Assembly (NCBI GenBank): GCA_964016885.1
Contig: OZ024759.1
Coordinates: 23,126,001-23,190,000, forward strand
Length of the DNA stretch: 64,000 nucleotides
Source of the DNA: Eledone cirrhosa
Taxonomy: Eukaryota
Direction: 5' to 3'
Shown: positions 12,833 through 26,856 of the stretch, in pieces
How positions within the stretch are numbered: the first letter of the stretch is position 1
Layout: each line of letters begins with the position of its first letter
Notes under the pieces: model-generated
Seen by the model: only the letters and a program-made list of their open reading frames with translations
Database searches by the model: none
Told to the model about the DNA's origin: nothing
Made by a program: the position numbers and the translations under genes

Positions 12833-12962
12833 GGGGGGTACTGATTGTTGAAACAGGTGAACCACCAGTAACAAAATGTTACACAATATAAATAATTCAA
12901 ATTTAAAAGATATATTTAGCGAGAGTCGTATTTGAGAACACATTTTGTACACATATAATAGA

Positions 12963-13335
12963 AATAATTGTTTCTACTTTAGGCACAAGGCCAGCAATTA
13001 CCCAGTACATTATAATAGAAATTATTGTTTCTACTTTAGGCAGAAGGCCAGCAAATACCCAGTGCATTACTGGTACTTTATTTTATCGACCCCGTAAGGA
13101 TGAAAGGCAAAGTCAACCTCGGCGGGATTTGAACTCAGATCGTAAAGGGACGTAACTATGTTGGAAAGCATGGTGTCCGACCCTCTACCGATACTGCCAA
13201 TCCAATATAGGCACAAGGCCACTGATTTTGGGGGGAGGGGAAAGTCGATTAAATCGACCCCAGTGCGTGACTGGTACTTTATTTTATCGACCCCGTAAGG
13301 ATGAAAGGCAAAGTTAACCTCGGCGGGATTTGAAT
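12963..13335 (-). mobile_element. Cluster of nested or tandem SINE family A copies
   Basis: A tail-only copy, a full copy and a longer-tail variant in succession. Confidence 0.85.
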
Positions 13336-13435
13336 AATAGAAATAATATTGAAGAAAACATGGTCATCATACATATTGTTATAACTTGACACTGTATATG
13401 TGGATATATAGATACATACACACACACGCACTCAT

Positions 13436-13467
<32 letters not shown>

Positions 13468-14054
13468 GGAAATTCTAAAAAGTAAAATGGAGAAAGTTGA
13501 AGAATATAGTGGCAGTTGGCAAACACGAATCGCTATTCTTTTCCTAACAGCAACATTAACGACAACAACTACAGCATAACAACTTTGATAGACATTATGA
13601 CTAAGAAATAGACGAAGGCAGAACAGTGGAAACAATAATGAAAACAATCAGAAGCAGAACAGTAAAAGAGACAGAAGGGGGCAGGGTGAAAAGAAGAGTA
13701 TGTTATACTCTCCATAAACATATATATATATAGAGAGAGAGAGAAAGATTGAAAATGGGGAGTATATACTCTTTATACATATTTGTATGTGTTTAAATAA
13801 ATATATAGAGATATACTTTTTCAATCTCTCTCTCTCTCTCATATATATGTTTATTTATTAAAATAACAGATTAAAGTTTAAGCAAAGAATCGCTGCTTTC
13901 ACCCCTAACAGGTTCTTGCTCTATGGTTTTATATATATATATATATATTATCCTTATCGGGCCCTCTTCGGACTTTAGTCTTCACATTTATTATTATTAC
14001 TATATATATATATATATATTCACAGACACAAACGTATGCATGCATATATATGTG

Positions 14055-14149
<95 letters not shown>

Positions 14150-14328
14150 CAGTATGAGCAAGGCATGGTCAGCCGACCAGACAACAGGACAACCCGTCTA
14201 ACCCATGCTAGCGTGGAAGAACGGACGTAAAACGGTGATGATGATGATGATATATATATGTATACACCAGTTTTCCTGGAATAATATTTTTAATTCCTTG
14301 AATATATATATGTTAATGCTGTACTAAA

Positions 14329-14460
<132 letters not shown>

Positions 14461-15994
14461 GACCGAGTAAAACAGAGGAATGAAAGAATGAAAGAGTGAT
14501 AGAGAGAGGGAATGTTAAAAGACGAATAAACGTAAGTGTGTGCGTATGTATGTGAGTGTGCGCGCATGTTTATATATATATATATATATTTAAAGGAAAG
14601 TTGAAACGAAAACACATTTACAAGATATTGTGAAACTAACAGACTGTATTTTAGAGGAAAAAATTCAGACCTGGTTTTATTTGATAAAACGAAAAGCAAA
14701 AGCAATTGATACCCACAACAAACATACATACATACACACACGCGCATATATATATATATACACACATAAAGAGAGAGAGAGAGACTCCGGCTAGTTTCAT
14801 TTTCATAATCACTTGCCTTACCAAGCAAAACATTTCTCTAGAATACAAAAGTTTGGCAGAAAGAAAAACAAAAAGAAATTAAACAATTTCGCGCGTATAT
14901 ATACATAATACTTAGACACACACACAATATATATATATATATATATAGATATATATATATATATATATATACGTAATACATAGATATATATTTGTAATAA
15001 TAGTATTACTAATAGTTGTCAAACTAACACCCACACAAACATATATATATATATACACATACATACATATATATATATACATACATACACATATACAATT
15101 AGTATTTCTGTGTGTATTACATTATTCTAGTGTCCCTTTCTACATATAAGTCGTTATAGATTCTAGACAACGCTGTCTTTTTGGTTGTGTGAATTCGCTT
15201 TCCTAAACTATCTATTATTATTTTATATTGAGTAATAAAATAGTTTTGTAATCGCAAAATAAAAAAAACAAGATCAGCCTTAATAGACAGGCTGACACAC
15301 GCATATATATGTACACATATACACGTATGCTTCTATATAGACAAACAGACGCACACACATAAGTAGATAAATAGACACACACACACATATGTACAGAGAG
15401 AGAGTGAGAGACAAAGAGACACAAATAGATATACATCTACTTCGATTTGTCGACCTATCTACAGAGAGAGTATCAGCTGGATAATCAATTAGAAAGAGAG
15501 AGTATCAGCTGGATAATCGATTAGAAAATATAAGAGAGAGAGAGAGAGTAAAACAGGAAGATAAAATAGAGAGAGAACGAGAGAGGTTGATATCATAAGG
15601 AACTGGAGTAAAAGAGGAACGAAGGAAGACCGAAGGGAAATTACATAAACACACATACATACATATAAACACTAATACACATACACACATATATATATTA
15701 CATAGAGAAATAGAGTGAGTGAATGAGAGAGAGCGAGAGATTGTGTGTGTGTGTGCCTGTGTGATTGTAATCTTTGTTTAAGGGATTAAAGGGGAAAGAA
15801 ATATAGTTTAAAAGGCATATTTACCAAAAGGAGCAAAACCTTCAATTGAAATCAGGTATGGATATTTTATTTTTAAAATCAAATCTTCGAACAAGATCGC
15901 TTGATCTTAACGTATTTTATTCAAATATAAATATAAATATAATCATTACGGGGCTCGTTTGGGAAACAATTATATATATATATATATATATATT

Positions 15995-16114
15995 CAAGGA
16001 GTCCCCCCAAAATGTATACATACTTTGATTACCTGTACAGGGAATATATATATATATATATATATTAGAATGCGGTTGAATTGTGTATACATTGTGGGGG
16101 GGGGGGACAGCCTG
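15995..16114. mobile_element. Tc1/mariner-like MITE
   Basis: Degenerate TIRs CAAGGAGTCCCCCCAAAATGTATACA / TGTATACATTGTGGGG..GACAGCCTG. Confidence 0.55.
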
Positions 16115-16438
16115 TTTGTGTATATATATATATATAAGCTTACATATGTTCACCGGGTTTGGTTGGGTAAAACGAAAAATAAATGAGAGGCAGAAAATCT
16201 TGTATTTTTTTAATTCAGAGGAAACTATGAAATAATGGTTATTTTTGGTATTCGGTAATCCTTCGTCTTAGGTCTACGAGATGTAATCATTGCGTCGGAA
16301 GTCGTGATTTCGTTTTCATTTCGAATGAAACAGTTCTAGTCCTGTAGAAGCCATTTCTATATTAAACATTTATACTCTACGTATTGAGTACCTTACTTAC
16401 TGTGGTTACCCCCGATTGAACTTGGGATACACACACAT

Positions 16439-16471
<33 letters not shown>

Positions 16472-16484
16472 ATGCATGTATGTG

Positions 16485-16528
<44 letters not shown>

Positions 16529-17951
16529 TGTTTATATATATATATATATATATATTTATGTGTATGTATATATATATTATATGTATATACACTACGTGTC
16601 TGTACATCACAGAGACTGCCAAACACGTACTCACGTACGACCTGTTTAGCGACTTCGGAAATTGCCGAAGTCACTGTTTACATCACGTCGACCTAAAACG
16701 AAGAACCCCGTTATATATTAGGTGGGTATGAATTGTCTTGTTTTTCGTAATGGCGATGGCGAAATGAAATACCGTAATATTTATACTACAGAAGAATCGA
16801 AACCTGTTCGCAAAACTCAACCCGCTTAACCTTTTATAATTGATGCAAACCCTCACCATAATTTATTACAGAAACTAGCGTGGGAGCACTACGTGCCCGA
16901 CCAACCTGCTAGAAATAAAAACCAAATTTTCTTCATACCATATACAATTATTGTCTTAATCCTTCTTTTACCTTATTTCTGATTAATACACAAGTATTTC
17001 AATTAATTAATGAAGAATTTTTAGGGATTTTCTAAAATTATTCATTATTAAGATAGTGCTTATAACAAATGGTTTTTGTATAAAATTTATTTAAATAGAA
17101 ATCCTTTAAAACTAAAATGGATGGTTCCGTTTCATAGAACCAGAACTGGTTGGTATTATAAGTGTCAAATACAGGAATGTCTACTCTATCACAGCTGACC
17201 TGATGGTAAACAACTTGATTCTAAATAACCATTACAGCACCGTCACTGCCAACGTGGGAGCCTCTCTATGGACGCCCCATTTGCTAGAAATAGTAGCCAA
17301 ATCTCAACTTGACGCCGTATAAAAAAAAAGGTTTCATTGGATGTGTCAATAAAAAAGACATGGTTGGAACTTTTGCTGCCAAATCTCCCTCAAATGACAC
17401 ACCACCACCACCATCACCTGACAGATAAATACATCAGATATTGCCGTATGGATAATACCTGGGAAAAAATCACGGGGATAGTCGCGGTTGGAATACGTTT
17501 GTTTATAGTCATACAACCCAATCAGTGTTGAGAAAGGGCTAAATGACAAACAAATACACTACGGGCCAACGAGTGTGCTTCTCAGTGGTTGCACGAAATA
17601 GCACCTGCTTGCTTAATACGGGCTCAAATATAATAAATGTGAAGGTAAAAAAATGAGGTGGAAAATTGTGATAGTCACTTTGATGAAAGTCCTGCTTAAT
17701 CAAGGCTGACCTAGGGCTAAACAACAAAGCACCCACATAGAATCTCGACTTCTTTAAAGTCTTTCGTAAAAATAGTTCTTTGTTCAATTTAACAAAATGT
17801 TTTTACTGTCTAATGTTTATGTTGATTATATATGTATGTGGATGTATATATGTACGTATGTGTGTATATGTATATATATATTGTGTATGTATGTATATAG
17901 TCTGTGTCTATGTAGATTGTGTGTATGTGATATATATATATATATATATAT

Positions 17952-18120
17952 AACGAAGGAGTTGTGGTAAGGAACCAGATGGACCATAACGCACAAGAGT
18001 ACTCAATACTTAGGGTAGTAGACTGGGTAATAGGAGAAAGTATGACCCCGACGGCAGAGCTCAAGCCGTTTCTGGACTTTAGTCCAGAAATAGCCGTCGA
18101 AGTCATACTTTCTCCTATAG
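17952..18120. mobile_element. Fold-back insert between (TA)n tracts
   Basis: TAGGAGAAAGTATGAC..CGACGGC / GCCGTCG..GTCATACTTTCTCCTA with an inner palindrome TTTCTGGACT-TT-AGTCCAGAAA. 17952-17993 is approximately the reverse complement of window positions 1-41. Confidence 0.6.
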
Positions 18121-18274
18121 ATATATATATATATCTATATATATATTTATGTAATAAACAACATAAGATAATTATTTCATTTACCAGTGGTTTCTTGAAA
18201 GCAAACAAATCTGCTTTCAGTCATCAGAACGAAAAAATCCTGGTGTTTTTATTGAATGTATATATATAGTATAT

Positions 18275-18308
<34 letters not shown>

Positions 18309-18326
18309 GTACATTGTGTGTATATT

Positions 18327-18369
<43 letters not shown>

Positions 18370-18389
18370 TGTATATAGTGTGTATATCA

Positions 18390-18421
<32 letters not shown>

Positions 18422-18732
18422 TTGTGTGTATATATATATATTGTGTATGTGTGTATGTATGCTTGTGTTAATATATACGTGTATTATTTATACGAAATGA
18501 AAGGTGCCGAAGGGATAGGCACTTCCCATACTTTATATGGGGGGAGGGTGTCTCAAAAGAATTTAATCCAACCCAGGGATGGTTTAAGCTTGCATCGTGT
18601 GGCCTCAGCTGAAGATCTTCACTAGGGCACTTGTCTCAAACTGATTTAAATGTATGTATATTATTTATTATAGTAGGAAGAAAATTAATGAAGAAAAACC
18701 CTTGTGTCAAAACTTGATTCTAAATATTATTT

Positions 18733-18905
18733 ATCGGTAGAGGGTTGGACAACATGCTTTGTAGCACAGAGTTACGCCCCTTTCTCATCTGAGTTCAAAT
18801 CCCGCCGAGGTTAACTTTGCCTTTCATCCTTACGGGGTCAATAAAATAAAGTACCAGTAATGCACTGGGTATTTGCTGGCCTTGTGCCAAAAGTAGAAAC
18901 AATTA
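18733..18905 (+). mobile_element. SINE family A
   Basis: Family A consensus. Confidence 0.85.
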
Positions 18906-19412
18906 TTTATGGAGACAAAAAAATTGTTTCGGTCCTTAAAAGTTAAGGACCGAAACATTTGCTGGGGGGTTCTTCTCTGAAGACCTGCTGTCCAGCTCTC
19001 CTGAGAGTTTCTTACCAGTTTATTACAGTAGCAAGAAATGGAATTTAAAGCCCTCATGTTAAAACTTAATTGTAAATATTATTTATGGAAACAAGAAAAT
19101 AAATTTAGGGTTCTAGAGTGAGATAGGGAAGGGGCTTGATTACAACCCAGCCTCCACATCAACCTCAGTCCGTAACCCCCCCCCCCCTATATATCGAAAT
19201 CTGTGACCTTGTGCGAAATTTAAGAAAACATTGTTTTTTTGTCCTCTTATTTACCAATAATTCTCACTGAGAATGGTGTCACCCGGTGATGGACTAAGTT
19301 AAAAATTAGGTTATCGACTTCCTCGTGACTTTAAATTCTTTTTATAAATATTTACTGATGAATGATATCTCTACGCTCCCTAGAATTCTACTCTTACTAT
19401 TTAAATACACAT

Positions 19413-19445
<33 letters not shown>

Positions 19446-19940
19446 GCTCTGTACTATATATAGAGCACTCTTCTTTCCTTTACCTTAAGCAACTGGTGAT
19501 ATTATATAAGGTTGATCAATGAAAACAAATAAGACAAGGTTTAGTACTTAAATTAATTCATTATTTTACGAGCGTTTCAAAACGCGGCAATCTTTCGTTT
19601 TAGGTAGGTAAAATAAAACTTTGCGAATATGTTTAAATTTCACTAAGTTTCGGTTTCCGTCAGTCTAAATATCATGGGTTAGGGTTATTATCCTTTGTGA
19701 GATTTCGCTTCTTTTGAAATAAACTTTTGTTTTTCTGGATTTTTTTAATTTACGTACCTAAAACGAAAGATTACCCAAAAGACTATTATCGATATCAGCT
19801 ATGCAATTCCTTGATAAAATACGTCCATTCTGTGGTTAGAAACTTTCAAGAGAGCTGGGCAGCAGAAGGTATTCAGTTAAGAAACCACTACCCAAGTGAT
19901 TCTGTCCTTAACTTCTTAAAATTCGACCATTCTGCTGTAT

Positions 19941-20238
19941 ATGGTAAATTATTTTTCTATTATTACACCCGTCTCCGAAACGAGTGAAATTTATGCTTTT
20001 CTTATAGATCAGGGTTATGCCAGTTTTAAACTAGCAGAAGACTCGATACTTAGGATAGAGTGTGTAAATATATTAGATTTTCTTATAATTAATAAAAAAT
20101 AAAAATTAAAAAACTCATAATTTCCGTCAGTTTTGAAAATCTGATTTGTTCAAAACACACACAAAACAAAAAAACAGGAAAAATATGACTTTCACCTTCA
20201 ACGTGAGACGGGTGTAATTGCAGAAATAAATTTACCAT
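19941..20238. mobile_element. MITE-like element with about 50-bp imperfect inverted termini
   Basis: ATGGTAAAT...ATTACACCCGTCTC / GAGACGGGTGTAAT...ATTTACCAT. Confidence 0.55.
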
Positions 20239-21009
20239 TTTTGTTTTCTAAGCAGGATAAAATAGACCACATTGGCTCGTGTGTATATATTTTTTTAAGT
20301 ATTAAAAAAAAAAATCTTAAACGTAAGAATGTATGCGATAATTTCAGTAGACATCCAATGGCTAAATTTAAGATATTTTCCGTTGGCAAATTTCAGGATG
20401 TTGGAACAAGACTAAAATTTGATGGTACCGTGTAATATTTCCATGCATCGCGTTCCATTTAGCTTCTACATTTTTGTTTTCTCTCGTTCTCTCTATTTGT
20501 GTGTCTACCCTTCTAACTAAATCATATTTCCTTCCTCATATCGTATCTCTCACCAGCACTCACTATATAGGTTTACTCTATCTCTTTCACTCACTGTATG
20601 ATTTTACCCTGTCTCTTTCACCCTTCCAATAGTTTTACTCTATCTCATTCACTCTATACTTTTACTGTGTCTCTTTCACTCACATATAGTTTTACTCTTA
20701 CTCTCACTATTTACTCTGACATTTGCACTCAATAATAGTATCACTCCCACTATTGTATCATTCTATCTCTTCTAATATTACCCTGCTTTACTTTCGAGTT
20801 TATAATGCTATCGCCACTTTCTTAATTTATCCTTTCGTATCGTAGTCACCCTAGCGATTTAGGTCCTCTATGATTTGAACGTATATATGTGTATATATAT
20901 ATCTGTGTTTCTCTATTATATTAAATTATATATATATAAAGTTATATCTGTATAAATACAGAGTGTGAAACCGAGACTGCACCAACGTGTATAAATATAT
21001 TCACGTATC

Positions 21010-21650
21010 TAGCATGGGAGTGAACGGCACAGTGGTGAAATTATTAAAGAATCTGTATGACGAGCAACAACCTGCAGTGAGAGTGGGAAAAGAGCTTGCA
21101 GAATGGTTCATTGTAAACAGGGGAGTTCAACAGGGGGTGCCTGGTGTCGCCTTTGGCATTCAATCTTTACTCTGAGGCGGTGATGAAAAAGTCAGTAGAT
21201 ATGCTATCCTGGATCGAGGTTACTGTTGGTGGGAAAGAGATCAACAACCTGCGGTATGCTGACGACATAGTGCTCATAACAAACTCACCAGCAAATCTAC
21301 AAACACTGCTGGATAAAATTTACAGAATTTCAAAGGAATATGCTCTGGAGATCAACATCGAAAAGACAAAACTAATGGCAGCAACTAGACAGAAGGAAGA
21401 AATGAATATATGGTGCCAAGGTGCTAGGCTTGAACAAGTCGAGAAGTTCAAATACCTTCGTTCAATACTTGAGCAGACAGTAGAGTGAAGTTGGGAAATA
21501 AGGATGAGACTAGTAACTGCAAGAACAGTCCTGAGCACACTCAGCAGCCTTTGGAAGGATAGAGCTCTTACAAAGTCCACCAAAAAGAAAGTAATCAAAA
21601 AATTAGTGTGGCTGGTAGCTCTATACGGTTGTGAGTTCTGGATTTTAGGT
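21010..21650 (+). mobile_element. RTE-clade LINE reverse transcriptase fragment (frameshifted)
   Basis: RGVQQG/SPLAFNLYSE...INNLRYADDIVL...IN.EKTK.M...VEKFKYL; frameshift near 21140 and a stop codon. Confidence 0.88.
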
Positions 21651-22199
21651 TGTGAGTTAATCAATGAAACAAAACAAACACAGGAAAGCAAAATTACACA
21701 GTTATATTAGCTTCACGCTTGGAGGAAGTGGAGGAGTGTTCAACGTTCGGACAGAAGTCCTTCATCGGGAAAGTTCGAATAAGGAGAAAACTGGTATGAG
21801 TAGTGTGTGAAGATTAGGAAAAGAAGTTCGGAAAAGGGGTTGGGGGGGAGAAAGATAGGTATGGGCAGGTATTCTTTATTATATTGTATTTCACTCACAC
21901 TGCAAATCCTACCTTTACCTCATCAAATTCTTCTCTATCTCATTATCTACCTATTGACCTCATTCCCTCACTCAACTCTTACTCTATCAACTTTTCCCTC
22001 CTTCAGATATTTTACTCTTTCACTTACAGTTTCTATTGCCAGTGGTTGATAAGCGACTTCCAAAACCCACAAACCGACTCATTTTCATCCTTCACATTCC
22101 ACAATGCTTCTAGAAAAACTATATACAAGCACAATACAACACTCTTATTTACCGATTCTTTCACGTCCTCTCATTCACCTTCTTATACAAATACATGCT

Positions 22200-22540
22200 C
22201 ACACACTATCTCTCTCTGTACTTACACACAAATACTATCTTTCTTTATAAACACACTATCTCTTTATAAACACACACACTATTTCTCCCTTCTAACACAC
22301 ACACATTCACTATATTTCTCTACTAACACACACACACACACACTATCTCTTTATAAACACACACTATTTCTCCCTACTAACACACACACATTCACTATAT
22401 TTCTCTACTAACACACACACACTATCTCTTTATAAACACACACTATTTCTCCCTACTAACACACACACATTCACTATATTTCTCTACTAACACACACACA
22501 CTATCTCTCCCTACTAACCCAACACACTATTTCACCCCTA
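22200..22540. repeat. CA/CT-rich minisatellite
   Basis: Recurrent ACTATCTCTTTATAAACACACAC and ACTATTTCTCCCTACTAAC. Confidence 0.85.
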
Positions 22541-22732
22541 TCTCCCACATCACAAGGTTTAATGTACCGAGTGACGTGGGCAACAACATCCTCAATTAAT
22601 ACAGACTGTTTTGTGTACTTTGCTTCAATACATCATCCCTTTCTTTAGACTTTTTTCAAAAATTCTTTTACTGGTTTCAGGCATTAGACGGTTGCCATTT
22701 CAACCGTTAGTTCCAGACTATATATACATGTG

Positions 22733-23133
22733 AAGGTGTGTGGCTGAGTGGTTCGAGAATTGGATTCGTAATCGTGAGATTGTGAGTTTGATTGCCAGAT
22801 CGGGTGTTGTGTTGTGTCGTTGGGCAAAACACTTTATTTCACGTTGCTCCTACCTGGATTTGAGACCGATAGAGAGTATTAGCAATTAGAAAGACCAATG
22901 GAAACATTGTTTCATTGGTCTGATTTGACGAAAGTCGATCAACTGTTCGTATAATTATATTGCAATTTATCCAGTTTAGACTAGGTACAACATATCCCAA
23001 CATGTAAGAAGCAACTAAACGTGTTGGTATCAGGGAAGAGTATCCAGCTATAAAACATTGCCTAAAAAACACCCATCCAACCCATGCCAGCATAGGGGAA
23101 AAAAAAAATCAACATAAAAACAACAATGATGAT
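22733..23133 (+). mobile_element. Older tRNA-derived SINE (B-related)
   Basis: TGGCTGAGTGG...GAGTTTGATT head, GTGTCGTTGGGCAAAACACTTTATTTCAC core, ATG-repeat tail. Related copy on the minus strand at about 41140-41330. Confidence 0.65.
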
Positions 23134-23260
23134 AGTGAAATACTTTAAACAAATAAATAAAAATAAAATAATCAGTAAAAGGAAAATAGAAATTCTGTGG
23201 AATTATATTTTGCAAAAGTTTATGGCAGGAAGCCATAGACCAACATATTTCTACAATATC

Positions 23261-23328
<68 letters not shown>

Positions 23329-24099
23329 TCTTCAACAAGAAATTCTATATTTAAATGCAGTTGTTAAAAATATACAGAAACAAAACAAAAATCGCTTAAA
23401 CATTAGAATTCACATAATTTAAACTAATTCAATACTGTGAAAATTATCAAACCAATTTACTTGGATTCAGGCTTTTAACCATTAAATATAGATTGGGTAA
23501 AGGCAGCAAATTGGCAGACATAGTTGTTAGAATGTTGGATAGAGTGCTTTGTGATATTCCTTTTCACTCTCTGAGTTCAAATCCTGCCGAGGTCATCTTT
23601 GCCTTTTATCCTTTCGAGGTCGATGAAAACAGTATTTGTCAAATTAGTAGTGGGGTCGATTCTTTCTCCCTTCCATTCTCTAGAAGAATCTGCTATATTC
23701 AGACCTAGAGAGGAGATGGGCTCCGCCAGGTTTTAAAAAGTGTCCTAGCAATGCTGTATGTCACTATAGCGCCCCAACAACCCCCTCAGGAGTTACAAGA
23801 GCATGTATGCATAGGTTGGGTATTCTTAACCATCATAAGTAGATTGGGGAACGGTTTAACCACCAAATACATATTTTTTTTGTGGGGGGGAACCATCAAA
23901 TAGAGATTGGGGGCAGTTTAACCATCAAATACAGATTGGGTGGTTTTGATAATCAAATACAGATTAGGAGCAGTTTAATCATCAAATGTAGTTTGGGTGG
24001 TTTTAATCATCAAATACAAATTGGTTAGTTTTAACAAGCTTCTGCAGTTTTCGTCTATCAATTCCACTTACAAAGTCATCTCTTGAAACAGAATGATAC

Positions 24100-24560
24100 A
24101 CACAGGCTAAGTTCTTCTAAGAACACAGTCTAAATTTTGAAACAACAGTGTATTGCTTTATAACAACAACACAAGTATTTTTAAGGATTTTGAGACCATT
24201 TCCCCTGCTTTAGCATAGAAAATGGCCTTGTGAGTCCCATAACAGTTATGGCTCATGAAAGGTCTCTTTTGAGGTAGTATTTTCTGACCAGAGCAAGAAC
24301 ACACTTGTTGCTTTATATAACATGTTAAGATACAGTTTACTTATTCTAAACCAAATACACAACCTTAAAAACAAGTGTTTTTAAGGCTTTTCAGGCCTTT
24401 CCATCAGCTAAAGCAGAGAATATGGCCTTATGAGCCTCTCAACAGATGTGATTCATGATGGGGTCTGTATTTGAGGCAGTGTTTTATGACCAGAATGAGA
24501 ACAGTTGTTGCTTTATACAACATGAGATGCAGAGTACTCATTCTAAACCGGATACACACA
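24100..24560. repeat. Degenerate tandem duplication, unit about 200 bp
   Basis: ACAAGT.TTTTTAAGG.TTTT..G...TGACCAGA...TTGTTGCTTTATA...TTCTAAACC repeated about 200 bp apart. Confidence 0.75.
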
Positions 24561-24786
24561 GCATGATATAACCCAACTTAAAAGCCATGAAGGTGGTGCT
24601 GGTCCACTCAATCTGCTTACAGTCCAGTGGCTGAAACCAGTTGAAGCATAAAAGATTAATAGTTTTTTTATTATTATTATTATTTTCCATGTCCCAAACA
24701 AAAGAGAAAACCATATTTCATGGTTCATTAAATGACATGGTTGACAACCACACACAATTTAATTGCATAGTAATCAATAATACACA

Positions 24787-25087
24787 TTTAGTGGTTAGAG
24801 CATTGGCCTTGCAATCGAAAGGTTGTGAGTTCAATTCTCAGACCGGGTGATGTGTTGTTTCCTTGAGCAAGACACTTTATTTCACATTGCTCCAGTTTAC
24901 TCAGCGGTAGAAATGAGATGATTGGGACTGGGGTCCATATCATTCCACTGCAAAAAAGCACCCAGCACTCACTGTAAATGAGGTTGGTGTTAGGAAGGGC
25001 ATCCAGCTGTAGAAATCAAGTCAGTATCAGTTCCCGTCCCACCTTTGCAAGTAGGGAAAAGCGGACGTAAAATGAAATGATGATGAT
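24787..25087 (+). mobile_element. SINE family B
   Basis: tRNA-like head (TAGTGGTTAGAGC...GAGTTCAATTCTC), central TCCTTGAGCAAGACACTTTATTTCAC, tail GGTTGGTGTTAGGAAGGGCATCCAGC...(ATG)n. Confidence 0.88.
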
Positions 25088-25369
25088 AAATGTATTGAAT
25101 GAAGTAGAAAAATGAAACTTCCAATCCAATTTATAATCAATGGTTGATACCAGATCTATATCTGATATATACAAACAACAAATCTATATTTCATTGTTAA
25201 AACCACAATCATCATTTGTGATCAAGTATGACTTGGTAGTATGTTCCATGCTTTCACTAAGTTTTAGGTGTCTAAGCAGACCTTTGTGATCCTCCCCCCC
25301 CCCTCTCTCTCTCCAGCTCTCACATCCACGATGTGAGAGCTGCATGGAAAGAAAGGCTGCACCCGTACT

Positions 25370-25505
25370 GGGCTGGTACTTCAACCATGAAAGGATGAAA
25401 GGCAAAGTGGACCTCGGCAGGATTTGAACTCAGAAAGCAGAGGCCTGGAATGAATACCATAAAGCATTCTATCTGCCGTTCTAATGACTCTGCCAATTCG
25501 CCGCC
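25370..25505 (-). mobile_element. SINE family A, older subfamily
   Basis: GGATGAAAGGCAAAG...CGGCAGGATTTGAACTCAG...CTGCCAATTCGCCGCC. Confidence 0.75.
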
Positions 25506-26574
25506 TAGTATTATGCGTATAAAATGTTTATTACAAAGTAAGTACTTGAAATTTTGAACATAGTTCACTGCTCCGTAGTCCTACATTTGCGGAGCTGAAG
25601 GTGGTCTCCATATAATTGAATAAAGTATCCCTTTAAAGTTTTTGTAACCATATTTCTAATGAAATGCACTATTTCAATTAATTACTGAAGAATTTTAATG
25701 GATTTACTAAAATTATCAACTATTGTATATACTTGAATATAAGAGCCCCCCCCCCCCCATCTACACACACACTCCTTATATGTCTGAGAAATGGACAAAA
25801 TTCCAAAGCCCATTTATAAGTTGAGGCAGCTAATCAATACATTGTTTAGATGGCATATATAAGCCAAGCCAACCCCACCATTTAAAATTGACATCAAAAT
25901 TGTTAAGGCAGTGCTCCAGCATAGCCAGAGTCTAATGACTGAAACCAGTCAACCAATTTTTTTTACAACCTATTTTAAGTGCTGAGACCAGTTCAATCTT
26001 GTTTTAATATTTACTGACAATTGAGCTTGTTTGATTAAATATCAACTTGTTTTGTTTATTTTATGCTCTAAACTTGCATGATTAAGTTTACTTTGCTTCA
26101 ATGTTTGTAAAGATTAAAGATTGCATGTTATCTGCCATATAGGGTCATCTGGTGCTACCATTAAGGTCAAATAAGCAGCTGCCAAGGGCACAGACCTTAG
26201 AGAAGCACAGTAATAAATCTTAAAATGTGACAGTTTTATACAGATTTGTATTAGAATTTTTTTCCATACACTGATGCGTATGTATGTGCATGTGCATTCA
26301 TTTATATGTATGAGTATATAAATATAAATGCACAGACAGACAAAAATACACTCACGGGCATACATTCACACAAAAACAGACACACACTAACACACAGGGT
26401 AGCAAATGTTTTTTCAGCATCCGCTTCCTTCCTTTTACACACACATTCACACAGGCATCAGACATAATGAGTGAGGAGTAGTATGAGAGTCAAACTACCG
26501 TCTCTTTACATGTAGTGACAGCATCGCAGAAATTTATATAGAGATTAAATTAGATATATAAAATCTATGTCTAA

Positions 26575-26856
26575 AATCTATGGCAAACTCCCTCGAGCCT
26601 CTGCCCTTCTAAAATCCCGGAGAGCTCAATTTGCTGGCCACTGTCACCGTGCCAGCAATGAAATCATATCCGCTCTCTTGCTCTGGAACCCTGACTCCAG
26701 CCTGACTAGGAGTAGGAGGCTGTCATTCCCTGACGTTATCTCTAGGGATACGGGAATCAGTAGACAGGACCTGGGGGCAGCGATGGGGGACAGGGAATTC
26801 TGGGGCATGAGAGTGAGATCCATCATCTCGACAGTAGTCGATGAATGATGATGATG
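26575..26856 (+). mobile_element. 5'-truncated LINE 3' end (RTE-like) with (ATG)n tail
   Basis: IYG.LP...RRAQFAGHCHR...AMGDREFW; ends in GATGAATGATGATGA; AGATATATAA on both sides. Confidence 0.75.

Noticed and set aside
12305-12952. RE/RK-rich and SL-rich ORFs
   Set aside because: (GA)n compound microsatellite.
19560-19775. Hammerhead at GAAAC-GCTC-GTA (minus strand) with a short inverted repeat
   Set aside because: No recognisable CUGANGA core; too degraded to call.
21144-21488. Active reverse transcriptase gene
   Set aside because: Short, frameshifted and stop-containing. No intact autonomous element is present in the window.
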